Source: Octopus vulgaris
Taxonomy: Eukaryota
Assembly: GCA_951406725.2 (NCBI GenBank)
Contig: OX597816.1
Location: 145,142,001 to 145,206,000, forward strand
Reading direction: 5' to 3'
Length of the DNA stretch: 64,000 nucleotides
The position numbers and the translations under genes were made by a program. Shown one piece after another: positions 48,816 through 63,105 of this stretch (the first letter of the stretch is position 1; every line of letters begins with the position of its first letter). Below the pieces are notes generated by a model. The model was not told the origin of the DNA, made no database searches, and saw nothing but the letters and a program-made list of their open reading frames with translations.

Positions 48816-51374
48816 AAAATAATTTAAATCCATGCTGTATTTAATATTTACTCTTCTGTGAAAGTAAGACATTAATTCGTTTTTGGTTGACAATGTGCCT
48901 CCGCTTTAGAGTAACTACAGAATTATATTTTAAGGTCCATAAATGCTATCCCTAATTAATTTAACCATAACAGAGAACTGCCTCAATACGTATCTATGGA
49001 AATCTTACTTAGTTTCTTAGTATTATACACTGGAGCAATATATTGCTGGTGGTGATGATGGTGCATCTTAACGGAGACAATCCTGACGTAACCTCTCTCT
49101 TATTCAGATTATATACGTAGGAATTGTTATCTTTTGTATTTGTAAAGCTAAGGTATTTCTATCAGTCTGAACAATCACATGAATGCTTCCATGACGTTTG
49201 TATGATGTACGAAAGAGATGGTAAGAAAGAGATACTTTGGCGTTCATAACTTTTGAAATGTGTCTCAACGACGAAGATAGTGCATAATTACAACCGCTAA
49301 AAATCAAATTTCTCAGAGTTTTGTCGTCGTAGACCTGCGTCTACTTCTACAAAACTGACCATATACTCACAGATAACAATAACTGTTGAGTGTGAAAATG
49401 ATGTCATAATACTTACGCCAAGGAACGGTAATGAATTAGCTGAATGCTATAATACTGTATTAAATATATTATAATCTCCATTCTATAGATTCTACATTGA
49501 TTCTAATTTCAAAATCTGTATGGTCGTCAGCTTTGCTTTTCATATCTCTGGAATCGTGAAAATGTGTACCAGTAATTTATTTGTGTTACTTTCATTTTCT
49601 AAATTACTTTGAAAAAGTTAGTCTTTCGCTGAGACAAAGAAATCAATAAATATAGTCGTTCGATGAGACACGGTTATAAAAAATGAATAACAATAATAAT
49701 TTACGTTCAAATTTAGAAGATAAATTAACGAGATAGTGGTAATTAGTAGAAATTATTTTAAACATGTATGATGACTGAACAAAAAAAACCTAATCAATTT
49801 TTCTTGATAAATGAATTTTATGCGAGCAATTAGAATAAAAGTGAATTTCATCATAGTGAAGAAAAATAAAATTGAAAGTAATGTTATCATTGGTCTAGAC
49901 ACGAGAAAACTTTATTCTTATTAATGCAAAATAGTCGATTAAACTGACCTCAATATATATTATTGGTGCTGTTACTTTTTGAGCGGAAAGCATTAAAATA
50001 AAAATGAGATCGGCGTGATTTGAAATTAGAAGAGCGAAATTTTAAATGATTACTAAAATAAACCAACCTCTACTAATCCTGTAATAAGACTCAATGAGAG
50101 CATCTCTGCATAATCGCCCAGTCTGCTAAAAAAGATAACACAATGTACCTCAGTTAACACCATGTTATGTTATAAAAGACAGATAAACGCTAGATATTTT
50201 AGTACCTGATACACTATACCTGAATAAAAATATATTACAGCTGAAACAGACTTGATCATAGTTCTGCTGGATTAAGACATATATGGCTAAATAATTCGTC
50301 CCCACACTCTAAGTTTTATTGAAACAAGAAGCTTAAGATTTGCAAATGAGTTGAAATATGAGTTTATAATGTAATATTTCTAATATCTTTAGCGAGAAAT
50401 GTCTAGTGAAATGTTTCCTACGCAAATTGTAAACTATACTGGTGACGTTCCATATCACGACAGGAATTTTAACAAATGAGAATTACTCTAGATTGAATAA
50501 ATTTCGATTGCATTCTTTGCTTTGACAGACTTCTGCAGCCTTTTACAAAAGGCTGCAGAAGTCTGTTATTACAATAAAAATCTATCTCTGGTGTTCGTAG
50601 ATGAGTCTGCATGGCATGCTAAATCCCAGATAGGTGTTACTCCTTAAAAGTCATAAGGAAGAAACACTTTATAACAGTCAATTCTTTTTCTGTCTGTGTC
50701 AAGAGAATATAGCGCAGAAAGTATTTTAATATCATTAAAAAACATTTTATCTGTCAAAATAATAAACGCTACATTTGTTGTAAATTAACTATAAACCAAC
50801 AGCAATCGAAATCAGATATCACATAGAATCTTACTTGGGATGAAATTTTGATAACTGGAAATCGAAACCGAAACCAAATCATGAGTTACTTTGGCCAAAA
50901 GCGAATCTCAATGACAATTTAACGCATTTCAAGGCTGCAGTTTTACAATTAAATTGATTATTATATTTATTACTTACTGTAGGACGCTAGTTGGTCTCTT
51001 TAGTGAAGGAGCAGCTTATATGCTTAATAAAAAAGGTTCCATTTTTATACAGAAGAAGCACCTAATTCTCACCCCACTGTCATTGAACCATTCTATTATT
51101 TGAAAAAAGAACACATGTATTTAGGCAATGATTATAGTTATTGGAATCTGATCCTTACGTTTGGAGCACTCATTCCATCGTCATTGCAAATATATTGAAG
51201 TAGAGATGAAACAAATATTCAAATAATGCTTTTATAGCGATTCTGTATTTTGTAGCAACACCTGTCTCAAATTTGGACTGGATATAGTCGATTGAACTGA
51301 TCACAATATTTAATTGGTTCTTACTTCGTCGAACAGGAATGGATGAACAGCAGCATTAATAGCACTCACGGATA

Positions 51375-53013
51375 TATATATATATACATATATATTCTCT
51401 CACTTCAATGCACTTGCAGTTGTGCTCCAGCGACTTTGTGAAGGCTCCGTGGAAGTCTTCCAGAGTGAAGGTGTCCAGCACCATTGCAGTAGGCCAATTC
51501 ATCTTCTCGATGTTTTTAAAACGACTGTCCCTGAGGTTCTCTTTCAGCTCAGGGAATAATGCCTGAACTTTAGGGAGGGTGATGGACTGTTTGGTGGCCA
51601 TATGTGTCAAAGATGGAATTGTCGACAAGTGCATTGTCCTGGTACAGATATCGCCGACCCGAGGGAAAGAACTCTTGCCTTTTGCAAAGAAATCACCCAA
51701 TCTTCCTTAATATCTCCAGAAAGTATTCATTGACGTCTAAAGGGGGACCCAGTTGCTGTAAATTATGCCCTTGCTATCGGGAAAGGCTCATCATATGTTT
51801 CCTGGTGGCCTAGCTTCGTTTGGCATTCTTGGGTCTGAGGGAGCCATGATGCTTCCATTGCGCACTCTGTCACTTGTTCTCTGGATCATAAATGTTGATA
51901 GACCTTTCGTCACAAGTTATCAAATATTGAAGTACACTTTGAATGAAGATAAAGAGATATCCATCGCCCTGCTGTAACCAACGCGTCTGCCCTTCTGATC
52001 GTCACTGAACATGTGCAGAAATTTTGCACATGTTTATATCTTCATGAATAATTCAGTGTACAGTTGCCCCACCGACTCCAAATTGTATGTTGATTGTCTT
52101 TATAGACACACAATGGTTTTGATGCAGAAATCTGAGACTTTTCTCGACTAGTTCTGATATTCTGGCGTCCCTCTCAATCCCAAATCTTTCATCATCTCTC
52201 ACCTCATCTCTACCATCCTTGAATCATTTGTGCCAGCAAAAACCAACAGCTCGGCTTATACAAGTTAATCCATAAGTAATCTGGTGAGTCTATAATTTTC
52301 TGTAGCGTTTTTGCCTTGGTCAACTCAAAGTTTTACTGCATAGCGAGCTTTCAAATTCTCTTCACGTCCCGCTTGATTCCCTCAATCTAGTCACCTGCGA
52401 CAAACAGGGATCAGTATAGTGTGTTCAAAGTGTAGTTATAGCAGTCTCCTTCAATGTGAAATTAAAAGTTGGCTGGTCAGTTTATTAAGTGTATAGTAAT
52501 GATATACTGAAATTACTATAATCTAGGTCAGTTATAACTACCTCTCATAACTTTTAGAATGTACCTCATTAGGTGAGACAAGCTGACTGAATCAGCTTCT
52601 CTGACTGACAGGTGACGGTCGTTTAGAAAAAGCGCGGGCTAAAACTACGCGCCTTCACTAGTCAGATATGGTGAGACAGTGTCACGTGACAACTTGCTGG
52701 CGCTGCCTGCTGGTGCCTATGCGGCAGGTATTTAAAGGGAAAAATTTCACAAGACAGTCAGTCACCGGCTGACACTCGCTGATGATACATCGAAGAGGCC
52801 AGGGAACAGAAGAAAGAAGAAGAAAGGAGACATGCACCCAACACCAGAGCTGAAGACACCTCCGAAAGTTGCCACGTCAAATCGGTAGAGGAGTAGGGAC
52901 TGAAACCGGACGCGGTTCCTCCTGGTGATGTCTTGAGCTAACTGGATCCTATAAAGGAGCTGTTGTGGTAGCAGACCACTAAACACGGTTGTAATTCCTA
53001 GAATGTACCTCGC

Positions 53014-53016
<3 letters not shown>
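51375..53016 (-). mobile_element. Decayed mariner (Tc1/mariner) DNA transposon with a 431-bp insertion in its TIR
   Basis: Minus-strand remnants RYAVK...GKNATE, FKDGRDEVRDDER, PENK.QSAQWKH.GS.RPK, HPP.S, LFPELKENLRDSRF, EDFHGAF...KCIE; TIR split at 52543-52567 and 52999-53016. Confidence 0.8.
52568..52998. mobile_element. Unclassified 431-bp GC-richer insertion with 13-bp TSD TAGAATGTACCTC
   Basis: Identical 13-mers at 52555-52567 and 52999-53011; removing the insert restores a mariner TIR. Confidence 0.7.
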
Positions 53017-53086
<70 letters not shown>

Positions 53087-53094
53087 TAGGTAAA

Positions 53095-53275
53095 ATTTAT
53101 AGAAAAACAAAAGACGAAGACATGTGTATGAACAACAAACAAGTGTATTGGTTTGACAGGAAAATGAAGTATTTTTTACATTTCGAGTCTACGCTCTTCA
53201 ACAGAAAGGAATAAAAGAAAATAAACAGGAGAATGAAAGTACTTGTAGGTTTCTGCGGCATATCACACACACTCG
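53095..53275 (-). mobile_element. TA-flanked repeat with a degenerate hammerhead-like core
   Basis: Minus strand ctg-TTGAAGA-gcgtagactc-GAAA-tgtaaaa at 53172-53204. Confidence 0.4.
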
Positions 53276-53286
53276 CCCCCCCCCCC

Positions 53287-53319
<33 letters not shown>

Positions 53320-53325
<6 letters not shown>

Positions 53326-53351
53326 AGGTGCATTCTGGAAGTTATGAGACT
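53320..53351 (+). repeat. Mariner-type terminal inverted repeat (second element end)
   Basis: tatgcgaggtgcattctggaagttatgaga is the reverse complement of the reconstructed TIR at 27 of 30 positions. Confidence 0.7.
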
Positions 53352-53984
53352 ATTTTTTATATAGATATAAACAAATTAGATTGAATGACTGGTTGATAGA
53401 TTGATCGGCTTGTTAATTAAATTTCACAGTCAACCTTATTGAATATTAATTAATATTCAAATGTTGCTTTTATTTTATCTTATTAAATTAAATAAGAAAA
53501 CTTATAATGATTCATATTATTTTGTTTGTATATCTGTAGTGGAATTGCATTGAAAAACATGTTTTACATTTCATTTGTATTCGCAAATCATTTAAACGCA
53601 CTTTTGCCTAAAAGTACCAGAGATAAAATATTAATATCATATTCAGACATTTTTCATCGTCATATATGTATATAGATTTATAGTGTGGACAGTATTAAAG
53701 TTTAGGAGAGTTACTTTCACATTCTGGCATTGAAATGTATTTGAAATATCACCTAAGCATTAAACATTTAAATGAAGTTTTATTTTACTTTTAAATATTG
53801 ATAAATAATGATTTATTTTGAATTAATATAAATCCAATCTGTGATTGAACCAATATTTTCAGATTATTGAATATTCCATCGGAATAATTTTATCGATTTT
53901 GAAAGAAATGAATCATTATCTTTTCCATTTTTTATTCATTGCACTCTAGGTATTCTGGGGATCCTCTTGAAGTGTGTAGTCGAA

Positions 53985-54112
53985 AACCTCTACTCCGCTA
54001 CTTATTTTGTTTCAACATGGTACAAATTCATTCGTTTTCTTTTGCCGAAGCGCTATGTTACTGGAACGTAAACAAAACATCTGTTGTCAAGTGGTGGTAG
54101 GGAAAAACACAA

Positions 54113-54196
<84 letters not shown>

Positions 54197-54345
54197 CGGA
54201 TTTATTTCAACTTTCCTCTGCGAAATCACTTCACAAGGCTTTGGTTGGCCCAGGGCTGTAGAAACCACTTATCAAAGCTGCCACGAAATGGGATTAAACG
54301 ACGCTGGGCAATGTGACTGGACAATGGTGTTCTTACAACACAACC
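53985..54345 (+). mobile_element. S2 SINE-like repeat with internal (CA)n
   Basis: ttttgccgaa.cgcta.gttac..gaacgtaaac...gttgtcaag-(CA)n-cgacgg...cacaaggctttggttggccc; homologous to 48605-48815. Confidence 0.7.
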
Positions 54346-55606
54346 ACGTCTATGAGTCAGTAAAGAATAAAAATGAAAAGAAACCTGCGAACGATATAGT
54401 CCACATTTAAGCGATTCTTCAAAAACTGTTCTCTCTTAAGTACTAATTGTCTTTTATCTGAAACAAAAGAGAAAAAAATGGTTTTAAGAAAGTAGTCTCA
54501 GTCAAAACCATTTGCCACAGCTTTGAATTATTTTTCAATTATATGTCCTACCAGGAACAATGCTGCTTTTTCTCTACTCAGTTCTCAGTTTTCCGTAATT
54601 TGACAATAATTTGGTTTAATGTTTTTTTTCTTTAACCACAAGAGGCACGTCATCATAAAAATGATATTGGCAACATCATTAACATAGTTTAGGTCATCGT
54701 AGACGCTTTAAGAAATTAGATTTGTGGTGATCATTTCTGATTCGAAGATAGTGCTGTTTACAGAGAAACCTGGAGAATAACGTTTCAGAAATTAGTCAAA
54801 AAGGTTCATAAAACCCGTAATACTTTCACCCGGTTTTCTCTCATTACTTTGGTGCGGAGCTAATTTACTCTAATTCTCGGCAAGAACACATTACATATCA
54901 AAAATACACACCAGAAAAAACTGGATAAAACTTTGGATTAACATGTCTTTGGTATCTCAGATATGTTGTGGCTTCAGAGTAAATAGGGATTTATGGGAAA
55001 TAATTTTTCCGTGGGGGCGGAGAGAGGAGTTTCAGAAAATTCACACAATCTGACTTTTACTCCTCATAATTTTCAGAAAAATGGGCAGTTTTTAATGAAA
55101 GTTTATACAAATCCCTTTCAAACAGCATAGGTTATGATTATAAAGAAATTTGTGGGGCAAGTTTTTTCGGGGATTTTCCCCATTTGTTTTAAAACACAGA
55201 CTTCGAAATGATGGAGTTGGGGGGCATTTTTGTATGAAAAAATATTTTGAAAACTTTTCTTTTTACACCCCCTCCATCATCATTCCACTACGGACCTGTT
55301 CATGGAAGAAAATGCTAATATTTTCAGAGGGAAAAATGAGTGATTTAAGAGCGATTTGACTGTTGTTTCTAACACCCAAAGTCAACCCTCCTCGTTTCTT
55401 TATCACTCTCGCATGTTTTTCGATATCTTTTCCCCATAAATACAATTTAGGTATTCTTTCGTTAGAAACAGCATAGAAGTGAAACTCGATCATGTGGGAT
55501 CATATGATTGTGGATGAATTTTCGTAGTAATATTTCTTTCTTTACTCCTTTTTGGAAGGCGACATTTGCTTTGAAGTGAGAGAACGTGAAAGATGAACGT
55601 GTGTGT

Positions 55607-55646
<40 letters not shown>

Positions 55647-58255
55647 GTGAGTGAGTGAGTGAGTGAAGGTGTGTTGTCATGTTTGTATTTTTTGCATGTA
55701 TTGTAAGTGGTACGTCCTCTCTCTCTCTCTCTCTCTCTGTCTCTCACGCACATACAAAAATGATATATGCATATGTATTTATGTAGGTACGTATATATGA
55801 AAGATAAGGATTGCGTGAGAGAAGGAGAGAGAGAGAGAGAGTGCCACTTACACGTACATGCAAAGAATACATACATAACAATACACACCCTCACTCTCCC
55901 CCCTCTCTCTCACACACACACATATGCATGTGTATGCATATGTATTTATGCGTGTACTTGTCTATGAAAAAGTGTGTATAGGAGAGTGAGTGACACTTAC
56001 ATATATATGACAATACACATCTTCACTCACTTTCTCTCTCTCTCACATACACACACACGCACATGTACATGCAACAAGATGTATGCATATACGTGTATAT
56101 GAAAGATCTGTGCGTGTGAGAAAGAGAGAGAGAGAGAAAGAGCCACTTACATATACATGCAAAAAAGTACAAACGTGACAAAACATATCTTGACTCACTC
56201 AAACTCTCACACACGCACAAAATAGTTATGTAAACGGTAATTAATTTTAATAGCATGCCTTTCTGTTAGAAAATGTTTTTATTACACACATATGGCTTCG
56301 CTTGATTGAGGTTGGGGTAAAAATTTAGATTACAATTTATTTTGTTGCATATATTCTACCAATAGCGTGCGTTATTTCGGCATCATCATTCCATAAAATG
56401 TGTTTAATGGGAGAAAAATATTGTAAAAATATCAATTCATATGAGAGTAAAAACGGCGGGTGGTTTGGATTGTGCTAGAAACAACAGTGAACTCTCCCTT
56501 GAATTGTTCACCTTTTCCTCCGAGAATATTTACAATGTTTTATAATATTTTTACCGTAAAAGCTCCTGTCATGGTTTTTAAGTTAAAACAGAAAATGGCC
56601 AAAATCGGTCCGAATAGTTATTATTGTAAGGCGTTCCAAACAGCTATAACAACAAAATCGCTTTTAAGTTTATTTTTACAAAAGTTATATCGGTATATCA
56701 AAAATATTTCATTCAATGAATAATGTGTTTACGTTACGTATACCTTAATAAAAAAGAAAACTGTCGGTTTTCTAAATAGTGAATTAAAGCTTGAAATGAA
56801 AACATTGAAAAAAAAGTGAGAGACTTTGCAAATGAAAATGGAATACTCCACACTGAATGTAACGAATATTTAAATTTATGAAAAATTGGACTTCAAAATC
56901 CAATGAAGTTCAGAAAACGAAATTATAGGAAATTTCTTGGAACATGAATTAAAAAAGAAATTCCAGACAGTCAAGCCTTTAATAATAGCTTTCTTTTAGA
57001 ACTTTTAGTAACTGTTACATACCTAATTAATAACCAGCTTTCTCCAACATAATATAGATTTACCTTCTAAGCAACTGAAAACACGTTAGGTAGACATCAT
57101 AAACATCGTTGATGTGCATTTTTGGTAGGCATAGTGTAAAAGTTATGTTTTATTGGCCTAAAATATTTGGGGGGAGAATGTACAGGCTATGTCAGTTTAA
57201 GCATTTTCATATCTTCCCGTTTTCACTCTTCGTATTTGCGTCGTCATCGATCACTTCTCCGTAGTGTACCACATAGGTGGCTTTATTGGAAATTATATAT
57301 GTGACATTTGTATTTGTTCGACATAATTGCTAAAGCGCCGGCGCATGCATGCCAGTTGTGTGACCAACCAATTCGGTCTTTATCACCCTGTGTTCAGATA
57401 TAAAACAGATCACTCGCTTCTTTATATTTCTCTCAAAATTTGTACTAGATATCGACAATTCCAACACATCTTTTATTGCAGTATTTGTTTTTCAACATAG
57501 CTGTGAGAAAACCATTCTGTTTCTGACAAATCATAAGTAGAGCACTTTTGTATTTTTGTCTTCTTTTTGCATTAAAAATCCGCTTGGCATACACTTTTTT
57601 TTTAATACAAAGTTTTGTCAAATAAATAATTTCTCAGCTAGTTTATTTATTCGCATACGTTGTCATTTGTTTAGTAGTAAACACCAAAATACTAGTCTGT
57701 CTGCTGTTTTATTTTTAAGTCTAAATTATCGAAAATAAATAAATCATTTGTAAATGTATCCACCATCACCATAATGTGAGCAGATATTTTGCATTAAAAA
57801 GACAAGATAATCATTTTTTTTTGCAAAACTGCTAGTATTTTCTCTAATTATATTTTTTAAAACCTCATTTTTGTGCAATAGCCAGGATGGCTGCCTATCC
57901 GGGAGCCTGTTTCACTGTTGTATTTTTATCAAATGTCAGCTTTAAAGTGCTGTTTTAATATCTGCGGATTTTTCAGTTAAAAACGAAAAAGTAATTGAAA
58001 CTTAGTACTTAATCACTTAATGTAATTGAAACAAGTAAAAAAAAAAAAGTCATGAAAATGTTCACATACGAGAGTGATAAGGGAATAGCGGAAAATATAT
58101 GACTTAGCGCAGCATAGGAATACAACAATAATTGATATTATTAGACATAGACACTAGGGTGAAATTTGTGGGAATGGCAAATTGTGGGAAATTACAAAAA
58201 ATATATATAAAACAACCAAGAAAGAAGCTTAATACTATAGTACAAAGGAACATAC

Positions 58256-58445
58256 ATTCTTCTTCTTCTTCTTCTTCTTCCTGTTCTTCTTGTTCTTCTT
58301 GTTCTTCTTGTTCTTCTTGTTCTTCTTGTTCTTCTTGTTGTTCTTCTTCTTGTTCTTCTTGTTCTTCTTGTTCTTGTTCTTCTTGTTCTTGTTCTTCTTC
58401 TTGTTCTTCTTGTTCTTCTTGTTCTTGTTCTTGTTCTTCTTCTTG
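58256..58445. repeat. (TTC)n/(TTCTTCTTG)n compound repeat
   Basis: Read directly; explains the poly-S/C, K/N and F/L ORFs. Confidence 0.95.
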
Positions 58446-59879
58446 CTAGTTAAAACAATTTCTTTTAGCAAAAGTACTCGCATAGGCATAATTTCTTAAA
58501 TGTCGAAGTTTCTACTTCATGCGAAAAACGTAACGTCTGCGTTATAACTTTGGACAAAGTTTAATTTTTCCTCTTCAAGTCAGAACACACGAAGATGGTC
58601 ATGAATATTTTGTGCCATGCTAAAAAGAATCCAACTGTGAATGTGAAAGATAATAAATTTCTTTCTCAGAAAAGAAAAAAAAAAGACCCCCCCTCCAAAA
58701 AAAAAAAAATTAAGCAAAACATCTCTAATGCAAAGAAAAATGTGAACAGTAATCACAGACCAAAAGAAATCTCGAACATTTTAAGTATACCGACTAGTAA
58801 TCATGTCAATAACGACAATATCAGTGCGCATTCATATGTTGCTTCGAGCATAAATTGAAGTAGCGAACGGATGGCCTTCAAATATATTTCTTCAAATAAA
58901 ACTCTCCATATGAAACATTTTGTTGCAAAATCAAAAGCATTTCACATTGTGTTCTTCGGACTGCAGCCATCCATCCACAATCATAGAGACATGTGAGTGA
59001 AAAAAGTAACATAGCTCTACCTTGCCAACAACACATCAGGTTTTCTACTTTCATCAATATTGTAAGTGAAATAGTCTACATTTGAAAAGGGGTGGCATTT
59101 GGCACCATATGCGTCTTTATTTTAATAGTGGATGTGGTGAAGCGCAAGTCCACACAGTATGTGACACAACAATCTATAAGCCAGTTTCGTCGCATTTTAG
59201 AAGGATGAACAAAAATGTCACCGTCAGGGTTTATAACGATCAAGTGGTCAACGATGGAGTAACGTTTGACGATACATGTTTGAGGGGAACTCCAATACAT
59301 ATAGAAGCCCTAATAACCTCGAAAGACCACAAAATAATACTATAAGTGTGCTTTTAGGAGCTGCTGCGATGAAGATCGTAAAACGTATCAGCGAAGAAGG
59401 CATTATGCATGTAGGAGAAAAGCCATCTTAGAATTTTATGAACAGAAATTCTAAAACAAGAAAAACTACAGTAACAAATTACTAGGGCCATCGTTTCGAT
59501 AGTGACACCTGGAATAACGTATCAATCGGCAAATAAATTTCGCTGTTTATGGTTTACCAAAGGCACATAACCTAATGCTATCGCCTAGCTATAAACAACA
59601 ACAGAAACAGTCTGTTCTAAACGAATGGGAAAAGCTGTAGCACCGCATTTGCTTGTTAAGATGCAGACCAGACAGGGCCGATGTAGATAAGGTCTACTAA
59701 AGAAAATATGTAGAAAACAACATAAAAAGTTATCAGAATGCGATTTTCAGTACACTTCCATAGGTGAACAGACTCACTAACGAGGACAAACTCATAATGC
59801 ATGAAGAAGAGACAATGTTCCGTGAAATGGAACCAAACCTCGCTCTGAGGAAAATGAAATTGACAGCTAGTCACATGAA

Positions 59880-61820
59880 TAATAAATCTGATGTGTTGTC
59901 TATTCTGTATTTTATGTAGTTGTTCTTAGTACTTGCTCTTGGGCAGCACAGATTAGAGCCAACGTCTCCGGTTTTATATTACTTTTAGTCATCCACAGCC
60001 ATCTTTTTTCTCTGTCTGTCTTCTCTTCAACATCCCTATGAAATTGACCATGCATTCTTTTCATTACACACCTATTTTCAGTTTCATTCGTTTTCAATTT
60101 CTTGTATAGTGCTTTATCTTTGCAATCTTTCATCCTACACAAGCCTGACCTTCTTACTTCTAATATTAACGGTTCTGTGGCATTTTTTACATGCCATGCT
60201 ATGTTGTTTTCTTCTGCTCTAATGCTGTGTTCGCATCCAATTAGTACTTTCCCCTCTCTTTTTCGTGGTACATACAGTATGTCTGTGTTACTTTTCGGCT
60301 GGAGTGACCCATATCTATTTAGCAACTTCCTTGTCTTTCTGTCTAAGCTGTTTAGTTCGTCTACTGTCCATGCGATTACCCCTGCTCCATATCTAAGGAG
60401 TGAAACCGTCCAGATGTTGGTAGCTTCAATCTTATTCCGTCCGTTTAATTTCGACTTAAGGATCAGTCTCAGTCTGCGTAAGTACTCTACCTTAAATTTT
60501 TCTGTCATTTCTTTCTCAATTAATTTATCAATTTCCAAAATCCCCAAGTACTTATAGCCTGTCTCTTCTATCTGCTTCATAACCTCCCCCGACGATATCT
60601 TTAGTCCGTCCATACATTTGATTTTACCTCTATTCAATACTTACACACCACACTTTCTCAGTCCGAACTCCATTCCGATATCAGCACTGAAGTTATACAC
60701 CGTATAAACGAGGGAACTAACTTCAGCTGCATCTTTAACATAAAGTTTGAGGTCATTCATGAATGACAAATCGTCGACTTTTTGTTGGCGGCTTTTTAAT
60801 ACATACCCAGTTTTTGCTTTCCTCAGAATCAGTGTCAGTGGCATCAGTACAAAGACCAGAGGGGACAGGCAATCCCCTTGGAAGATTCCCCTCCTAATTT
60901 CCACTGTCCCTAAACTTCTTCCGTATGCTGTCAGGTCCGTCCTCCTATTCGCCATACTTTTTCCAAGCAATCGCTCAACATTCGATGCAATACCAAACAG
61001 GTTCATACACTCCCTAATCCAAGAATGTGGGATCATATCATACGCCTTACGATAGTCGATCTATGACATGACTAAGTTACTTTTCCTCCTCTTACAGTCT
61101 TTGAGTACAGTTTTATCTATCAGGAGTTGATCCTTGGTTCCTATGCACTTACACTTGCAACCCTTCTGCTCATGTGGCAGGAGTCCATTTTTTCTAGATG
61201 TTCGTATACTGACTCAGCGAGTATTCCAGTCAATAACTTCCACATAAGTGGCAAACGGGATATCGGCCTGTAATTGGCTACCGTATTGCCCTTTTCGATG
61301 TTTTTCAAGCACACCACTGCCCTACCCAATGTCAACCACTCTGGTGTTGCTTGGTCGGCATTTAACAAGGTGTTGAGTTGACCAGCTATTCGTGCATGAC
61401 ATTCACCAAATCTTTTGATCCAGTAGCCTTGAACTCCATCTGTTCCCGGGGCCTTCCAGTTGTTTTTTTTTTTTGCTTCTCTTCCCTTCCCTAATTGAAT
61501 TGACTTCTGCCTGTTTTGGACAGACGACTGTTTGTTTCAGTTCTTGCAACCATTCAGCATCCTTCTTGTGCTCCTTGTCTTTGCTCCAGATGTCATTCCA
61601 AAACTTTGACTTTCAATGTTATCTGGTATTAACTCTTCATCTGTACATCTTCTATTTATTTCTTTATAGAATTTCTTCTTATCTACTCTGAATAACCTAT
61701 TCTGGTGGTAACCCTTCATTCTTTGGTCGTATCTTACCATCTTTGCTTTCTTTGCAACGGGGCGCTTCTTTAGTTCCTCCACTACTATTTTCAGGCCCTT
61801 TCTTTCAATATTATACTTCC
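59880..61820 (-). mobile_element. Decayed R4/Dong-like retrotransposon (family D-like), truncated at both ends
   Basis: ANYRPISRLPLMWKLLTGI, IPHSWI, RGIFQGDCLSPL, FMNDLKLY, YKYLGI, HGQF..., ALICAAQEQVLRT; the 5' end abuts (TAA)n on the minus strand. Confidence 0.88.

Positions 61821-61881
<61 letters not shown>
61821..61881. repeat. (TTA)n, i.e. (TAA)n on the minus strand
   Basis: Read directly. Confidence 0.97.
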
Positions 61882-61882
<1 letters not shown>

Positions 61883-62983
61883 GCAAGCAATGATAATCAA
61901 ATAATAATATTAACAACAGTAAAAATAATATTGATAAAAAGAAGAACTGGGTGCAAAAGCAAAATAAATAACATTTAATGTGATTTTAGTTCAGTTTCAA
62001 ATTAACTCGTAACAAACGAACGCGACAAAATTGGAAAAAAAAGAAAAATTGACAGAAAGAGCAAAAATAAAAAATAACAACCAGACATCCTAATTATCTT
62101 CCCCGCCGTATAAAATAAAATAAAAAAGCAAATAAAACTAAGCCTGGCACATAAAACTCACAAGTAAACAGTCAGAAAGTAAATCTAAATCTAAATAAAC
62201 AGAACACAAACCCACACCCACACACACACGCGCACGCCCACACACACACATATATATATAAATATATACACATGTACATGCATACATATGCGTCTTTATA
62301 TATGGTTGTACATATGTATCTATGATGAACTACATACGTATACATATATATGCAAACAATAAATATATATATGTATATATATATACACAAATGTAAATGT
62401 AGAGTAATACGGCGCCTAACACCCCACTTTTTATCAAAATTAACTCTATTATTTACTGTTTGTTCAGTACTTAATATAGTAAATATATATATAAAAAAAT
62501 AAGTATTTTTGGTAAAAATCAGAAAATAATAACAATTCAAAATAAAATTATGACAAGCGTATATAGGAAAATCAATGTTTCATCAAACGTGCAACTAAAA
62601 TAAACAAATAACAAGAACACATAGCAAGATAACACGAAGAAAACCAATAATCGTATAAGTACTGACAGTTACAGTTTAGCAAATTTCTTTTAAGCATTCT
62701 TGATTGCGACACATATGACTGAATCTTGGATTGGCGTTATTCACATTCCCTCAGTCATGTGTGTTAATTTCCTGTGAGGCGTTCTGTTCTGTGTTTTTAT
62801 GAGCTGTGTTAATACGTCTTATTTATTTTAAACACTAACAACAAACTGTATAATCATTTTTGGTGAAAAATATGAAAAGTCTCTCGCAGCTTAATCGTAA
62901 GGTGCAATCTTCAAAACCAGCTTGGTCACTGCATACCAGTTTGAAATGAGATAGATAAATACATAGATAAATAATTAGATGGT

Positions 62984-62984
<1 letters not shown>

Positions 62985-63049
<65 letters not shown>

Positions 63050-63067
63050 CATACATACATACATACA

Positions 63068-63101
<34 letters not shown>

Positions 63102-63105
63102 CATA
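62985..63105. repeat. (GATA)n(CATA)n microsatellite
   Basis: Read directly. Confidence 0.95.

Noticed and set aside
52778-52880. Hammerheads at ctgatgatacatcgaag and ctgaagacacctccgaaag
   Set aside because: Core words are present but there is no valid stem II closing pair or stem III/NUH arrangement.
57335-57410. Promoter-like cluster (GCGCCGGCGC palindrome, CCAAT, TATAAAA)
   Set aside because: Single motif instances with no initiator at proper spacing and no downstream gene; may be a transposon interior.
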